From contig OX597814.1 of assembly GCA_951406725.2 (NCBI GenBank), positions 172,980,001 through 173,044,000 on the forward strand: a stretch of 64,000 bases of DNA. The letters are read 5' to 3'. Both the position numbers and the translations under genes were made by a program. Shown piece after piece: positions 1-12,905 of this stretch. The stretch is from Octopus vulgaris. Its lineage: Eukaryota. A model generated the notes under the pieces. It was given only the letters and a program-made list of their open reading frames with translations. It was not told the origin of the DNA and did not search any database. Position 1 is the stretch's first letter. Each line of letters opens with the position of its first letter.

Positions 1-790
1 TGCTTCTTAATAGTTAGGAATTCATTGATATCTGGTGCTGTAAGCTCAAAGCAGTTAAGGTTGCAAGTAAAGGTAATTGCTGAGACATTGTATGGGGAAG
101 CATTGTCCAGACTAAAGGAGGAGGGTTTTTTGTTTTCTAAGTATAGATAGGTTGAGATCTTTCTGCTTGATGATGATTTCGATGGAGCTTTCAACATGTC
201 CTGGAAAGGTTAGAAGTAGTGGCTTAAGAATATTAGACAGAAGTCAAGAGATTTTGTAAAGCAATCCGTTAATGCTGGAGACAATAGGTCTAATATTTAA
301 ATATGGTCCGGATTAATGTGTTTATATGAAGTGGTCGAAGTTGTGAGCAATGCTGCTTCTTGTGATGAAGATGCGTTTAATCTTGTTCGAGAGTTCTCTC
401 TCTTCACAGATATTCGCTTCGAAGCTGGCTAGAAGTGATGTTACCGACCTTTTCACATAGTGTTGTGCCAGCTCGAATGCCAGCTCATCGTATTTATCCT
501 TATGTATAACGAGGACTACTCTTCTTTTATACGAAGGCAGATATATAAGATTGATTGAACGTAGGTTTTGTAGATTGAGGAATTGAGATCTAGAGAGATT
601 AAAAGGAGTGGAAGGATTTTTTAAGATGTCGAAAATTAAATGTTTAAAGCTCATTAGCTTAGCATTGAATTCAGTGTTAAAAGGAGCGGGGAACGCGCTG
701 TCTGGTAGTATGTGAGATATCTAGTGGGGGTGCATAATAGAATTGGATCTAGAGATAGTTTTATTGGAGGATGGAAAGTAAAACTTCAGA
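1..790 (-). mobile_element. Decayed Penelope-like element, N-terminal part of RT (cut by window edge)
   Basis: ORF 322..654 reads NLSRSQFLNLQNLRSINLIYLPSYKRRVVLVIHKDKY, resembling the PLE 'NLS..E..AL..L....I.PADKG..VVM...Y' segment. Another minus frame at ~175-295 reads IRPIVSSINGLLYKIS*LLSNILKPLLLTFPGHVESS (PLE RT RPIVS motif). Stops and frameshifts present. Confidence 0.75.
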
Positions 791-874
791 ACTGATATCC
801 TTTTTAGCTGGTGTATATATGTGTGTGTGTGCGTGCTCGCGCAAAAAGATATACCCCAAAAAAATATATATGTA

Positions 875-1230
875 TCTTTAATCTTTAATCTATTTGAGTC
901 ATTAGACTGCGACCATACTGGCGTACTGCCTTGAAAAACTTTTAGTCGAATAAATCGACCTCTGTATACCCACGTTTTTAAAGCTTGGTATTTATACTAT
1001 CGTCTTCTTTTGCCAAACTGCTCAGTTACGGGGACGTAAATAAACCAGTACCAGTTGTCAAGCGGTGGGCGGGGATCAATACAGATACAATGTACGACAC
1101 ACGTACACGCACACACACACACACAAACACACATACGACGGTCTACTTTCGGTTTTCGTTTACCGAATACCACTCACATGGCTCTGGCCAGCCCGCGACT
1201 ATAGTAGAAGACACTTGTCGAAAGTGCGAC
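875..1230 (-). mobile_element. SINE family A copy (5'-truncated, diverged)
   Basis: Reverse complement of the family A body and tail seen intact at 11216-11627. Confidence 0.8.
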
Positions 1231-3674
1231 TGGCTGATTTTCGACTTTTAAAGATTAATAAATTAAGTATCGATAAAATAAATTAAGTATCAGTAATCGA
1301 AACCAGTCTGCAGTGAAAAAAAATTGTACTGGCATTGTGCCTATTCAGAAGTGACCAGTGACCAAATAAATAAAACTCTCACTGTTTGTTGAAATCAGTA
1401 AAACTGCAATTGAATTATCGCTTGTGATTTAGTCTGTATCTTTGGGAATCAAACTTTATTCGATAAATTCGCATTTACTGAATGTTAAGTCTCTCTTTGA
1501 GTAAGAAAATTACTTACTTTCAATTTAAACTATTTGGCAAGTAGATACCAACAAATTCAATGTTAGATATATTTCAGTGTCCCAAGACACGAAATCTTGT
1601 ATGCACTAGAAAACCTGGCTTTGAAGGTTTGTATAACATTGAAAGGCATTGCAGAAACCGAACAGCAGAACAATGAAAAGTCGATACGACGTGTATGGAG
1701 CAATAGGCATGATATATCAATGTGTCAAAACCAGTTGCAAATCGATGACAGGCGAAATCAAACAAAGACCTTGATCGATTTTCTTGTTCAATTAACTAGA
1801 TAGCCATTATTACTTTTTTTCTGATATAATAAATGGAAATACAGGCGAAAATTCAGATAAAAATTGTCTCTTTTTATTTTAAATTTAATTATAAGATCAA
1901 AGGAGAAGAGTTAATCTTTAAAAGTTGTTCCAATGATGTTGGTGTAACGGGGAAACAAATTAGATGCAGGACTTCGTTCGTTTGATACTGATATTTCCTT
2001 TCAATTCCAGGACAGCTACTCCATTGAGAGAACACCAGACCGAGTGGAGATCAAGTTTCTGCAATAAGGTTTTGTTGCGAATAAAAGATAGCTCGAAAAA
2101 CCATGCGGTTGTTTCAACTCCAAAGAACGTGAAACTATGCAAATTTATATTAAAGTCATGCTACGGTATCAATAAAAGAAAAGCCAAAGAGAATTCTCTA
2201 TTCTTTCTTATCACTTTATGATCTATAAATTGTAAATACAGCCAAATTTTGGAGAGTTGAGACGGCTGAAACATTTCATAGTCTCCTTCTCGTACTGATA
2301 TTAAAAATTTAAATCTAGTCTGCGCTATATGAGATCCTAATTGTAAGTTAAAGAAAGGAGGCCAGTCGGGAAAGTAACAGATGTTGTTGCCAAATTCAAA
2401 CTCCCAGTTAGTTCTGACGTGACTGCTAATAAATAATACCAAGCAAATTTAAACTCACTGCTGGTGTATGAGGAAATAATTTGGAATAAGTTTTAAAATC
2501 TGTCCGATTCTTCATTTCCCCGTTTCAACATAAAACATCTTTTGATATCTGAGATATTTAGAACGATTCTCTACCTACTAAAACATTATCTGACGCAAGC
2601 CAACACTCAGCCCGCTTGAAATTGTTAAGTCTACTTTAAATCACATCCTTTTATCTTAATTATAGAAAGGACTCACTGTTTATTGCGAATTTATATAGTC
2701 CTAAGAAGGTGGATTTGCCACTGCTGACACGCTAGAAGAGAAGTGGCCTGGGGTTAAACAGGAACAAGAGACTTATCAACGAAGGGGACGCGCAGCAATA
2801 TACTAATTTATATTTATATGAAATGTGCTTCTTACAGGATAAATGTTCATCTAACGTTACTGATTTAGGAAATAAGGCCAACATTACGCAAATAAATTAT
2901 TCCTTTAAATTTATAATTTATAGTAAACGTTTTTATTTCATTTTAATATGCTCTCCTTCTTGTTTGAAGAGTTTTATGATCAAAGACAACCCTGCCAACT
3001 AGTCAATTTTTTTGTTTATCGACAACTAAAAGTTGTACAGCATATTTAGAACAATAAGAAGAGTCTCTAATGCGAGGAGATTGAATTAAAAGTCTACAAC
3101 TTTCAAGATTTATGCAGATGATGATTTTGTTAGTCATACGGTGTGCATACAACTTATAATGGGATGGGCTGATTATTAGCTGAACGTGTTGCATTAGGCC
3201 TTACAAAAAGTTTGTGTTCCTGCACAAAGTGACCTGTACATTGAACCAATCATCTTCATGAATGGCTGGCACCACATAAGAATTGAGTATCCATTTGTAT
3301 CGTGAGAGTAGTTTGTCAACTGATAGGTACCGTGACGATGAAATTCGCTCAGGAATTTAAAATGTTTTGGTAAATTATTAAAGAAAGAGTGATCAAACAC
3401 GGCTGACAGTTACGAACAACGGTGAGAACGATCATTGCTTTTTCGAACGAAATCTCTTGTAATATTCTTTCTGTTTTGGGTCCATGACACACCCATGTTA
3501 ACTTTTGCCTCTGAAATGCAGCGATCCAGTTGTTTGCTTGTTAGAAATCTGTTACCAACAACGTTTATTGTTAGCCGATTGCAAAATAAATAAATAAATA
3601 AATAAATAAATAAATATGTATGTCTGCGCGCGTGTGTGTGTGTGTATTTATATATACTTATATATATATATATA

Positions 3675-3725
<51 letters not shown>

Positions 3726-3892
3726 TTAGAGATAAAACCACTATTAGGCAAATCATACAATGAAACACTTAAGCCAATACATAAGATTAATTAATTTATA
3801 TTATTTAAATAAATATAATATTTTACTATAAAATTGGATTCAATCCTAAATCTGATTTTTCCCTGTAAGTTTGGATTTATTCCCTAATATTT

Positions 3893-3931
<39 letters not shown>

Positions 3932-4285
3932 TAATCATCAAAGAGAGGATTATATGCAGTTCTGCAGATTTAATTACCAAATCGCTTAGAAAACTATTAT
4001 AAACCATTAAATATAATTTTTCTATAATTTACCCATATGACACTTGAATTCTAGGATATAGATTTACAATCTTCCAAATTACTTTTGTCAACAAGAAGTT
4101 GATATATGAATAATTGTGATTTTTTTTTCTTAATAGCTTACTCAGAGGAAAGCAGTGCTCATAACCCCATTTTGGGGGCTTTTTCAGGGTAGAGATTTGT
4201 CTCAATGCTTGCAACCGATTGGACTCTGCTAAAGATACCCATCATCCAAGTGACTTGGACGTAGCAGAGTTGTGTTTCAAGAAAG

Positions 4286-4346
<61 letters not shown>

Positions 4347-5118
4347 TAAATAACATCTTGAATAATGTCTTGATATAGCTCTGCCAATTAGAGGTCCTGC
4401 CAAATCATGACAAATTTCTCTTCTGGATGGATTAGTCCGCCAAGCATGATATACGTTTACAAGAGAAATTGAAAACACTTGTCTATCCTTTCCTTCGTTG
4501 TCCACGTTTTATTAATATGTAGAAATATGTTATAAAGCAACTAATGACGTTCGTCTAGAGTCAATGAAGATATTTCAGTGCCGTAGGTCTCCAGACCTAC
4601 TAGAAATAGCAACCAGTTCTTACTAAAATATCTTAAAATAGAGAAAGAGAAAGACAGAGTAGGTAAGACGGTCCTGCTTGAAATTTTAAAAAAATGTGGG
4701 ATGTTTTTGATCATAGACTTGCCTATTTAGGGGTCAAATGTAATACATCCCACTTCTGAATGAAAACTTATGCATACCGTTACCGGCCTGTGTATTCAGA
4801 TTGTATGGGTCTACCTGTTGATGCTCTCCAAAGTGTGGAATGAGGTCGTGTAAGACGAAAACATTGGTACCTTAATAAATATCAGCTAACTGATCGACGG
4901 AACTATGAAGATAGCTTTTCCTCTGCAGCGTAAGCGAAAATTATCTCGGACAAAAGCCGCTCTTGACGAAAGCCATCTCTGATAAAAGATCCGTATGTTA
5001 ATATTAACCTAGAATGAACGTCCCGAAACACAATCTCCTCTTGGGGAAAAAGAAATTCCTACATTGATGTCACTTCAACAACTACAAATTCACCGATGTA
5101 CAAACACAGCTCCAACAT

Positions 5119-5333
5119 AAGGCGGCAAGCTGGCAGAAACGTTAGCACACCGGGCGAAATGCTTAGCCGTATTTCGTCTGTCTTTACGTTCTAAATTCAA
5201 ATTCCGCCGGGGTCGACTTTACCTTTTATCCTTTCGAGGTCGATAAATTAAGTACCAGTTGCGTACTGGGGTCGATCTAATCGAGTGACCCCTCACCCAA
5301 AATTTCGGGCCTTGTGCCTAGTGTAGAAAAGAA
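5119..5333 (+). mobile_element. tRNA-derived SINE family B
   Basis: AAGGCGGCAAGCTGGCAGAAACGTTAGC head, B-box-like TTCAAATTCC, core TCCTTTCGAGGTCGATAAATTAAGTACC. More than 15 related copies in the window. Confidence 0.9.
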
Positions 5334-5444
5334 CATAAACCACTCCCTCCAGTACTATGTACTTAAGATTTAGCCTACAATCTCAATGTAATTATATTGC
5401 CATCACATCACCTCTGTAACAGTAATGTTTAAAGAAATATCCTT

Positions 5445-6750
5445 ACCGTAATATCTAATGTACACAGTGATAAAGTTACTATGAGGTTCCTCGAATTGTT
5501 ACAAATTGGAGTCAAAGCTAATAATGTTGCGGAAACAAGAGATTCCGGAGGTATCCACCACCCCACGAACTAGGACGCGTAAGATCTGTGTTGCAAGATG
5601 CGGCCCTACAGCTAGACGCGTGGGCGTTGCACAGAGTTTCTGTTATATTGCTCTGAGAATAGTTAATCCGGGACTGGTCTTACTCAAAAATAGGCCGAAA
5701 GGAAAATGTCCCTGAAAGTTCGGTCAGGGCTGGCGAACGCCTACGTTGCTTCCTTTCTCTATAGACATCTGATCGTTGTGGCCTGCCTCATATCACATCA
5801 GATCAGACTGATCTTTTACATTTTGTGGGAGGAATTCGTTTCACTGGTGGAAAGGTTCAGTTTCTGTCAATACTTGCTATATGAAGGACTGGGCATGCTG
5901 TTGGTAATGATGTGCAGACAGGCTCTTCAGTTACAGCATTTCCAACAATTTTGTGTCAGTGAACAGCCGTGATCACCTTTTGTCAGACGCTTTTTTCCCA
6001 CCAAGTTGTTTCTTTGGCAGAACTACTGTTCAGGGTCAAGCAAAATCCGAGACAGGTTTGGCATCTGGAATGTCAAGAACTAGACCTCTAGCAACCGGTT
6101 GGCAGAAATTTCACATTGACATTCAATAGAAAATTAGTCGAATAAAAAATCAACAATGTTCTCGGGTATATCTGGGCGTCAACGAAAATGAGGTAGTTGG
6201 CCTGTTCCGGAAGTTTATTGGTTCGAGGTCCCCGAATAATTTCTGGAAATCCTTTGCTTGGTAGTGCTTCCGAGATTACTGCTACAAATATGCATGCAGA
6301 GCAACAGGAACATTCTGAACACACTCTTCCAGCGCCCGAGCAGTGCTGATTTGTGGAATTATGTCGAACAGCTGAAATCACATGTAGGATGGATTCAGTT
6401 ATCATATGAGACCATTGTGAAAAGGTAAGGAGTGTTTACCTATCTGGTGGCTTTATTGAAAGAAACTGAGTAGTGAACAGGACTGAAAGGGCTGAAGACA
6501 AACACTTACCTCTAGTTAAACCGTATTTTAAGTTTCACTTGAAAGGAAAAGTGAGCGCGGAAAGGGAAGATTTTCCTTCTAGTAAATTTGTTGAAAAGTG
6601 GATGAGATTGACGCTTGTGGTTCGAATAAACATATGCATTTAGAAGTGAAGAAAGACATCTTAGAGAGGGTGCTCACTCCAGTGGTCTGTGCATCCGTGG
6701 TTTCTACTGAAAGTCCTCGGAGGTCTCACACCCAATGGTAAATTTTTTAC
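5445..6750 (-). mobile_element. Highly decayed Penelope-like RT and upstream region
   Basis: Minus-strand fragments occur in PLE RT order across frameshifts: LLNVNVKFLPT (cf. L.KGLKF.PT), FCQRNNLV/KASDK (cf. I.I..ADKG), FRPIF, NIISFD (motif A-like). 6530-6620 resembles 13145-13230. Confidence 0.5.
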
Positions 6751-6899
6751 GTTTAAAATTTTATTGCTAGCATGCTTGTTTTAACTTACATGTATAACCC
6801 CACACAGTTTTTGTAACCCCCATCCCACCTTGTTATGTCCTTGATTTTATGGAAGCTCTGATGGCTGATTAAGAAACGCTGATGCGTCTACGCCAAAAG

Positions 6900-7072
6900 A
6901 GATCATCATCACCATCATGATCATTGGTGTCGCTATCATCACCATCGTCATCATAATCGTCGTCGTCGTCGTAATCAACATTATTATTATTTTCATTACT
7001 GTTGTTCTAGTGATTACTATGATGATGATGGTCGTTGTAGTGGTGGTGGTGGTGGTGGTGGTGGTGGTGGTA
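6900..7072. repeat. Mixed trinucleotide microsatellite (CAT/CGT/GAT/GGT)
   Basis: Direct reading. Confidence 0.9.
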
Positions 7073-7615
7073 TTTGATGTTTGCATTTTTGCATTAAAAG
7101 TAAGTTATATTCAAAGACACATTTATCAAAAGTATTTCCCATGATGGAGAAGATAGGAATTGGAGGGTTGAGGGTTGGCGTGTGCACTTTAAATTTGACT
7201 TCAGATACTTTAAGCTTGATATATAGTGTTGTTTATCTTTTTTCTTGTTTCGTTTTTTTCTTTTTTTTTTGCCATTTTCGGAGTAAAAAACAAACAAGCA
7301 AATAAAACAGCGTTTATCTTAGTCTACATACATGAGTTCTTTGTATGTTGATGTCGTGTTAATGTATTTATGGTTTTACTTCAAGGCTCGTTAACGACGA
7401 CGTTTCTGAATGGTGGCGAGACAAAGTGTAGTATTACCTTTGACGTCGCCGACGATGAAATCACTATATAGTCTCTGAAACTGCTAGAAATAGGAGCTAA
7501 ATCTCTGTCATAAAACATTTCATTAATTTAATCTTGTGCTTACAAATAGCCCAGAGAATAAAAAATGTGTGAACATGGAGGCGCTGACGTGGCTGTGTGG
7601 TAAGAAGTTTGCCTG

Positions 7616-7985
7616 AAGGCGGCGAGCTGGCAGAAACGTTAGCACGCCGGGTGAAATGCGTAGCCGTATTTCGTCTGCCGTTACGTTCCGGGTTCAAATT
7701 CCGCCGAGGTCGACTTTGTCTTTCATCCTTTCGGGGTCGATAAATTAAGTACCAGTTACGTACTGGGGTCGATGTAATCGACTTAATACCTATGTCTGTC
7801 CTTGTTTGTCCCCTCTGTGTTAGCCCCTTGTGGGTAATAAAGAAATACGTATTTCGTCTGCCGTTACGTTCCGAGTTCAAATTCCGCCGAGGTCGACTTT
7901 GTCTTTCATCCTTTCGGGGTCGATAAATTAAGTACCAGTTACGCACTGGGGTCGATATAATTGACTTAATCCATTTGTCTGTCCT
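7616..7985 (+). mobile_element. SINE family B with tandem duplication of its 3' part, inserted behind a family A head (7577-7615)
   Basis: CGTATTTCGTCTGCCGTTACG...TTAAT segment occurs twice (from ~7665 and ~7848). Confidence 0.9.
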
Positions 7986-7998
7986 TTTCTGCCGAGCT

Positions 7999-8305
7999 GG
8001 AGGCACATGGCCGAGTGGTTAGAGCAGCGAACTCGCGGTCGAGGGATCGCGGGTTCGAATCTCAGACCGGGCGATGTGTTTGTTTATGAGCGAAATACCT
8101 AATCTCCACGCGGCTCCGACAGAAGGTAAAGGCGAACTTCTGCTGACTCTTTCGCCACAACTTTCTCTCACTCATTCCTCCTGCATCTAGCAGCTCATCT
8201 GCGATGGACCAGCGTCCCGTCCAGGTGGGGAACCTATACGCCAAGGAATCCTGAAAGCCGGCCCTTATGAGCCAGGCGTGGCTCGAGAAGGAACAAACAA
8301 CAACA
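7999..8305 (+). mobile_element. tRNA-derived SINE family C
   Basis: GGAGGCACATGGCCGAGTGGTTAG (A box)...GGTTCGAATC (B box), then a non-tRNA body and (CAA)n tail. Related to 51061-51348. Confidence 0.85.
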
Positions 8306-8918
8306 ATTCAGGCATCACAGTTTTTACCCCTCAGTTAATCTTATTGCCGATAGGTGCAACTGACCTATCGTTTATCAATTTCACACCTAATCCTGGAAAT
8401 AGTTTCGCCCCCAATCGATCGGGGAAAATAGAGACCAGCGAATCCCTTCCTTCATTTCTTCGTTCCATTTTTGCTTCCTTCCTTAGATTTTTCATTTCTT
8501 CCGTGTCCAATTCAATGGTGACTTCACTGACTTGTCACGTACGCACGAAAGAGAGAGCAAGTGAAATGCATGTGATTTTATGAGGTTTAAACTTACTCAC
8601 ATATTCAACAGTTAATATTGTCATCTCGTTGTTCATTTGTTTTACAGACTACAGTGCTAATGAGTGAACAGGTTAAAAACAATGTACCGAGAGTTGCTGG
8701 CAAGCTATTGAGTCTTTTATTGTTTGTTATTATAGACACGGCAATCCAATGCAAAACGGAGCTTCAGAGATTGTGGAAAGTCACGCCATTTCTGAGACAA
8801 GAGTCCACGATTCACACACGCACATAGGCACGCGCGCATAGATACAGCTACGCACAAAATACTGAGTGTATAGTAAATATACATACATATATACATATAT
8901 TATAGATATATTATGTAT

Positions 8919-9069
8919 GGGCGTGGCTGTGTGGTAAGAAGCTTGCTTCGAAACTACATGGCTACAGGTTCAGGCCCTCTGCGTAGCATCTTGGGCAGCT
9001 CTCTTCTACAAGGCCTTGGGCCGACCAAAGCCTTGTCAGTGGATTTGGTAGACGGAAACTGAAAAAAGC

Positions 9070-9108
<39 letters not shown>

Positions 9109-9306
9109 TTATTTGTGTGTCTCAGTTCCTCTACCATCGCTTGACAACCGATATTGGCGTGTTTACGTCCCCATACCTTAGCATTTCGGTAAAAGGGAAC
9201 AATATATTAAGTACTAGGCTTACAGAAAATTAGTTCTGGGGTCGATTTATTCGACTAAAAGCGGTGCTCCACCATGGCCGCAATCAAATGACTGAAACAA
9301 GTAAAA

Positions 9307-9310
<4 letters not shown>
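8919..9310 (+). mobile_element. SINE family A
   Basis: GTGGCTGTGTGGTAAG head, internal (TA)n, tail GACTGAAACAAGTAAAAGA. Confidence 0.9.
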
Positions 9311-9375
<65 letters not shown>

Positions 9376-9396
9376 TATATGCATATGTGTGCGCGC

Positions 9397-9443
<47 letters not shown>

Positions 9444-9446
<3 letters not shown>

Positions 9447-10278
9447 TAGTACATTTTTTATATCGTGCTTTCACTTCACTACCGAGCGCAGCTCTGGGTG
9501 CCTTGGGTATGTGCTGTGATTTGTTGTGATGCTCTGATGGTTATTGTATGGAAAGTGTTCTGCGTAGGATGTGTGCAGTGCCTAGTAGTGCAATTTTCTG
9601 TATGTTATATGTGTTTGTAAGTCCTGGTTTTTTTGTTATGTATTTGTTTGTATATTTTTTTATCATGCCTAATGCATCTATTATGATAGGAATTGTTTCT
9701 GCTTTTAGATTCCACATTCTGGTTACCTCTATTTCCAGGTCTTTGTATTTTGAAAGTTTAACCATTTCTTTTAGAGACACGTTGTCATCCGCTGGTATTG
9801 ATACATCAATTAGAAAACATTTTTTTTCTTCATGATCTCTGACAACTATATCTGGTCTGTTGGCCTTAATTTCTCTATCTGTGTGTATTGGCATATCCCA
9901 GAGTATGGTTGCTTTCTCGTTTTCTATGACCTTTTCTGGTGTGTGCCTATACCATCTTTTTTCTGTTGTTATTCCATAATGTTGGCATAGTTTCCAGTGT
10001 ATATAGGTCCCAACTCTGTCGTGTTTGTGAATATATTCCTTCTTAGCCAGGACTGGGCAGCCAGAGATAATATGATTTATTGTTTCTTGTCCATCTCCAC
10101 ATATTCTGCAGTTACTTGTTATATTTCTTTTCATTACATGTTTTTGGTAATTTCTGGTGGGGAGGCTTTGGTCTTGTGCTGCTATTAAAAATCCTTCTGT
10201 CTCTGCTTTGAGTCCTGAGCTTCTGAACCATTGTTGGGATTTTTCTTAGTCTATTTCTTTTGCATTTAGTTTTGCATT
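9444..10278 (-). mobile_element. 5'-truncated R4/Dong-clade non-LTR retrotransposon (CCHC knuckle + restriction-like endonuclease) in a (TAA)n tract
   Basis: Frame reads LKAETEGFLIAAQDQSLPTRNY...CRICGDGQETINHIISGC...HDRV...ILWD...NRPDIVV...FLIDVSIP...KLSKY (ORF 9541..10134 plus in-frame upstream sequence). (TAT)n on both sides (9399-9443, 10279-10325). Confidence 0.9.
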
Positions 10279-10519
10279 TATCATTATTATTATTATTATC
10301 ATCATCATTATTATTATTATTATTGATATTAATAAGGGATCATCAATCCGGGCAAAATACTTCTAAGCTCTCTGTTAATAAAACTGCACCAGGATAACAA
10401 GGGTTTTCGGTTGGTAGAGCACTCTAGGTAATCCTAAAGTGAGATCCGGAGTCGAAGTCCATCACCAATCGACTTTGTAAATCATTGGTTGCGTTACCAA
10501 TTTAATATGGTATGTATTC

Positions 10520-10591
10520 AAGGCGGCGAGCTGGCAGAAACGTTAGCACGTCGGGCGAAATGCTCAGCGATATTTCGTCTGCCGTTACGTT
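10520..10591 (+). mobile_element. 5' part of SINE family B, interrupted
   Basis: AAGGCGGCGAGCTGGCAGAAACG...GCCGTTACGT, then unrelated sequence. Confidence 0.85.
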
Positions 10592-10848
10592 AGGCAGCGG
10601 AGGTTTGAAATCGGAGTTTCCCTCTCCTAGTTGGGCTGCCAGTCAAGGCTATCGAGTCCCAACTACCCGAAGCAACTGGTTTTAAGGCGCCAGTGACTCG
10701 CCTTTGCCCCTTCTCCTATCAGTGGTAACAGTTTCGCCGCGGGAAGGCCATGAGTTGGACTTGACTGTCAGAAGCTATTTGAGACGCACGCCGTGGGAAC
10801 GCTTTGTAGGCAGTGGGAGGTTATCCCCGCTACCACTCCCGGCTATGA
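10591..10848 (-). mobile_element. GC-rich repeat resembling an RTE-clade 5' UTR
   Basis: Minus strand contains GGCAGCCCAACTAGGAGAGGGAAACTCCGATTTCAAACCTCCGCTGCC, a motif type I recall from RTE 5' UTRs. Recognised from memory, not searched. Confidence 0.5.
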
Positions 10849-11215
10849 AACATTATACTATATATATGTTTCTGTGTGTGTATATGTATGTATGTGTGCG
10901 TGTGTGTATCTATGTGTGTATATACATACACTATACCGTAGTACAATACACTATACTGTATAAAAAATTCGGTGATATGTGATACTGGATGCTATTCACG
11001 ATAATACGTAAATTTATTAATATTTCCCCTGTGAACAAAGAAGAAACAAATTAATAATATCATAGTTTCATTTAAGCAAGTAAAACATATGGTGGAAAGG
11101 GCATGAAGATATGAGACGAAAGCAAAACAATTAAGGCATATGTAGAATGAAAAAGTAACCAAAAGAAGGGGACAGAACTCTAATAAATCGGGCAGAGCAA
11201 CTTATATTTATATAC

Positions 11216-11627
11216 AGGCGCAGGAGTGGCTGTGTGGTAAGTAGCTTGCTAACCAACCACATGGTTCCGGGTTCAGTCCCACTGCGTGGCATCTTGGGCA
11301 AGTGTCTTCTGCTATAGCCCCGGGCCGACCAATGCCTTGTGAGTGGATTTGGTAGACGGAAACTGAAAGAAGGCTGTGGTATATATATATATATATATAT
11401 ATATGTTTGTGTGTGTTTGTGTGTCTGTGTTTGTCTCCCTAGCATTGCTTGACAACCGATGCTGGTGTGTTTACGTCCCCGTCACTTAGCGGTTCGGCAA
11501 AAGAGACCGATAAAATAAGTACTGGGCTTACAAAGAATAAGTCCCGGTGTCGATTTGCTTGACTAAAGGTGGTGCTGCAGCATGGCCGAAGTCAAATGAC
11601 CGAAACAAGTAAAAGAGTAAAAGAGTA
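11216..11627 (+). mobile_element. Full-length tRNA-derived SINE family A
   Basis: GGCGCAGGAGTGGCTGTGTGGTAAG...GGTTCAGTCCC head, internal (TA)n/(TG)n, (GTAAAAGA)n tail. Near-identical to 46697-47116. Confidence 0.95.
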
Positions 11628-11895
11628 ATATATTCTAGGTAGCCAGTTTCATTAATACATAACTGTTGATTTCTATTTCTTTGTCTATAAAAATAAAATG
11701 TGTTTACATGTCACTGAACATACAGGGTTAACTAAAATTTATAGATATTTTTTGTAATGCAATATAGCATTGAAACAAATCACCAGTAGCATACTAATTG
11801 AAGGAACATCCTAGAATGTATTATATGTGTAAATAAGTCTGTTTCTCTTCGTGGACAACTAAAAGGGTACTCGGTCACAAGTGCATGAATGCATG

Positions 11896-12420
11896 TAGCG
11901 TAAATCCTCGAGTATAATACGCATTTTTTCCCCAAAATTTAAAGGTCAAAATCCCTAGTGCGCACCATATATGAAGCTAAAAATGAAAAATATTTTCTAT
12001 GCAATGTCTGAGTCTCTATTTGCTGTCCGGCAATGTGTATTCAGACGCATTTTGTGATGTCAGGCATGAAAATACCTTAAGCTAAGCCTGAAAGTATTAA
12101 AGTCATAAAAGAATCATCCATAACTTGCAGTAAGCAACATTTATTAAACGTTATTACTGTTATGCTGTTATTTCTGTGTTTTCTGCAAACAAAATGCACA
12201 AAAAAAGCTACACGTTTGCATTATGTTATATATGCAATAATAATAAAGGACATTACCGTATGCATTTTTACAAACAAAGGACGTTATATAGACCTCCTTT
12301 ACTCAAGTTAGAGAAGGGGTGCGTATTATACACAAGGTTTAGGTTTTTCAGAAGTACAGGCCCCTAAAAATCCCCTGCGTATTATACTCACGGGCGGACT
12401 ATACTGAAGGATTTACGGTA
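11896..12420. mobile_element. Non-autonomous DNA transposon with CCGTA-type TIRs (Tc2/pogo-like MITE)
   Basis: Left TAGCGTAAATCCTCGAGTATA, right TATACTGAAGGATTTACGGTA (inverted). Subterminal TGCGTATTATAC repeats. Confidence 0.75.
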
Positions 12421-12709
12421 TGTATGTATGTATGTATGTATTTATGTATGTATGTATGTAAGTATGTATATATGTGTGTGTGTATGCCTGCATGCACGCA
12501 TGTATGTATATAGGTATGCATGTCTCTTCTATTTTTTGATTATTATATATCTTCCGCTGAGGAGGGAACTGGTTTCGAGCAAAGAGACTGTATGTATGTA
12601 TTTGCAGTATTTCAGCCATCTCGTTACGTTCTGGGATCAGATTCCGCCTAGATGGATAAAATAAGTTACAATCAAGTGTTGAGAACAATGGCATCAATCA
12701 TGCAGTTAA

Positions 12710-12717
12710 TGTGTGTA

Positions 12718-12809
<92 letters not shown>

Positions 12810-12905
12810 TGTGTGAGTGCGTGCGTTTGTGTGTGTGTGTGTGTGTGTGTGCGTGTGTGATTGTGTGTCAGTGTCTGTGTGCGTGCGTGTGTGTCAGTGT
12901 GTATG
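12710..12905. repeat. (TG)n microsatellite
   Basis: Direct reading. Confidence 0.95.

Noticed and set aside
3000-3570. Possible Merlin-like transposase relic (and hAT-like traces at 39230-39480)
   Set aside because: Only scattered 3-4 residue resemblances across several frames; too weak without a search.
4840-4875. Weak hammerhead-like strings (also ~13405, 20520, 47850, 62930)
   Set aside because: Core boxes have multiple mismatches; not distinguishable from chance individually.
7999-8070. tRNA gene (also 14801, 51061 and family A/B heads)
   Set aside because: tRNA-like A/B boxes continue into shared SINE bodies and tails; acceptor stems are imperfect.
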